Of a stretch of 64,000 nt of DNA, positions 63,039 to 64,000 are shown piece after piece. Under the pieces are notes generated by a model. The model saw only the letters and a program-made list of their open reading frames with translations, had not been told where the DNA came from and searched no databases. The first letter of the stretch is position 1. The number at the start of each line of letters is the position of its first letter. The position numbers were made by a program, and so were the translations under genes. This DNA is from an uncultured Methanoregulaceae archaeon. Its GTDB lineage: Archaea; Halobacteriota; Methanomicrobia; Methanomicrobiales; Methanospirillaceae. The stretch covers positions 352,001 to 416,000 of the forward strand of contig CAWJAX010000005.1 in the NCBI GenBank assembly GCA_963841015.1. Direction: 5' to 3'.

Positions 63039-63216
63039 AAGTGGTACATGTTCGTTATGGGCGCTCTTAAAACATTCGACAATTGCAATAAACGGCGCAA
63101 ATTTTGAGCCTATTCATGGATTCATCAGATGCTTCCTTGCAGAGGGGGTTGGGCATAGGTATTTTCCGCAGGATCAATACAGAAACTATTTTCTTGCTGG
63201 CATCTGACTGGTACGC

Positions 63217-63867
63217 ATGGCTGAAGTCGATCCCGAAGCGCTGGCTGATGTGGCATACGGCATCTTCGAGCACTCCCTGAACCAGGGGCTCCAGAAGCAG
63301 GACAAATACCTTTATGCACTGGTCGAAGGCGGAGTTGACTTCAAACCGGAACTTTCCATAATTTTTGAGAAGTTTGCTCATGAATATCCACAGCTTGCAG
63401 AGGCAATATTGAAACGATTTTCCGATATTGACACAATTTATGGGATGCTCTGCAACGGCGAAGGGGTGATCCCAACCAAAACAACTCAGGCGTACTGGAT
63501 TGTGCAGGACGCTCCGGGAAGTGCTCCTGAGGCAATCGAGGATGAAAATGCAGGGAAATGGCTGATTTTCCAGGAGCCGGACATGGCAGATGAAGCATGG
63601 AAAAAGATCCGGAACGCTACAGTGGCACTCGAGCTCGGTATATCTGCAAAAGTGAGCACATCAAAACCAAACCCGGAATCACGCGATAACCGAAAAGTCA
63701 TCTATGTGTATACAAAAAACTGGGCAGATGAGACAGATGTGATGCGGGTGCGTGAAGTACTCCGCACGCTGGGTTTTATTGAACGGATAGGGTACAAACG
63801 GAATATCGAAACGTTCGCCGGGGAATATGCCAAGAAAGGCAAGCGGGTGACTTACTACTCGGCATGA
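63217..63867 (+). CDS. DUF1917-like protein (eIF4E-like fold family)
   Basis: GKWLIF, W..I, AKVST, VIYVYT, YK motifs. Confidence 0.75.
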   Translation: MAEVDPEALADVAYGIFEHSLNQGLQKQDKYLYALVEGGVDFKPELSIIFEKFAHEYPQLAEAILKRFSDIDTIYGMLCNGEGVIPTKTTQAYWIVQDAPGSAPEAIEDENAGKWLIFQEPDMADEAWKKIRNATVALELGISAKVSTSKPNPESRDNRKVIYVYTKNWADETDVMRVREVLRTLGFIERIGYKRNIETFAGEYAKKGKRVTYYSA

Positions 63868-63920
63868 TTACAGGTAATAGTAAAAAAGTAAAAAAACTTG
63901 AAAAATATTGAAGATAACAA

Positions 63921-64000
63921 TTACGCCTTTCTTTCCTTGTTCTTGGGGCGCAGGTTCTGGTAACCGCACTTACGGCAGCTGGTTGCGCGTATTGCATTGC
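63921..64000 (-). CDS. rpl40e: 50S ribosomal protein L40e, 5'-truncated by window edge
   Basis: Reverse strand reads NAIRATSCRKCGYQNLRPKNKERKA*. Confidence 0.93.
   Translation of the reverse strand, partial: NAIRATSCRKCGYQNLRPKNKERKA

Noticed and set aside
8432-63701. Many long antisense or alternative-frame ORFs (e.g. 8432..9208, 29421..30083, 34625..35449, 45500..46210)
   Set aside because: Shadows of well-supported genes with no protein-like motifs.
1-64000. CRISPR arrays, rRNA, IS elements, prophage genes
   Set aside because: None seen on either strand; short or degenerate elements could be missed by eye.

Overview
Archaeal chromosomal window, most consistent with a Methanomicrobiales methanogen (Methanoregula-like; inferred from gene repertoire and protein style, not from a marker gene). 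It is mostly housekeeping: hisG, the HMG-CoA synthase/thiolase/DUF35/HMG-CoA reductase cluster, ribK-ribB, RPA, cbiZ, deoxyhypusine synthase-pyrF, tiaS, thermosome, a four-subunit 2-oxoacid:ferredoxin oxidoreductase, a KhtTU-like antiporter, ribL-JAMM, truA, trpEGDCFBA, F390 synthetase, tRNA-Gly/tRNA-Val, htpX and rpl40e. The most interesting items are: (1) a stand-alone NrdD glycyl-radical/zinc domain that could be a GrcA-like spare part; (2) a type IIG-like DNA methyltransferase whose catalytic NPPY has become APPPY while its target-recognition domain looks intact, facing a degenerate PD-(D/E)XK protein; (3) a five-gene pilin-like operon whose first member carries a repeat stalk and tip domain, opposite a vWA/Ig gene; (4) a tandem Cc1-like chromatin protein; (5) TRP-box-like repeats over the trp TATA box. 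Four single-base frameshifts, including a false DHS-PyrF fusion, are probably assembly errors. No CRISPR array, rRNA, transposase or integrase was seen. All family assignments come from motif recognition; no searches were run.
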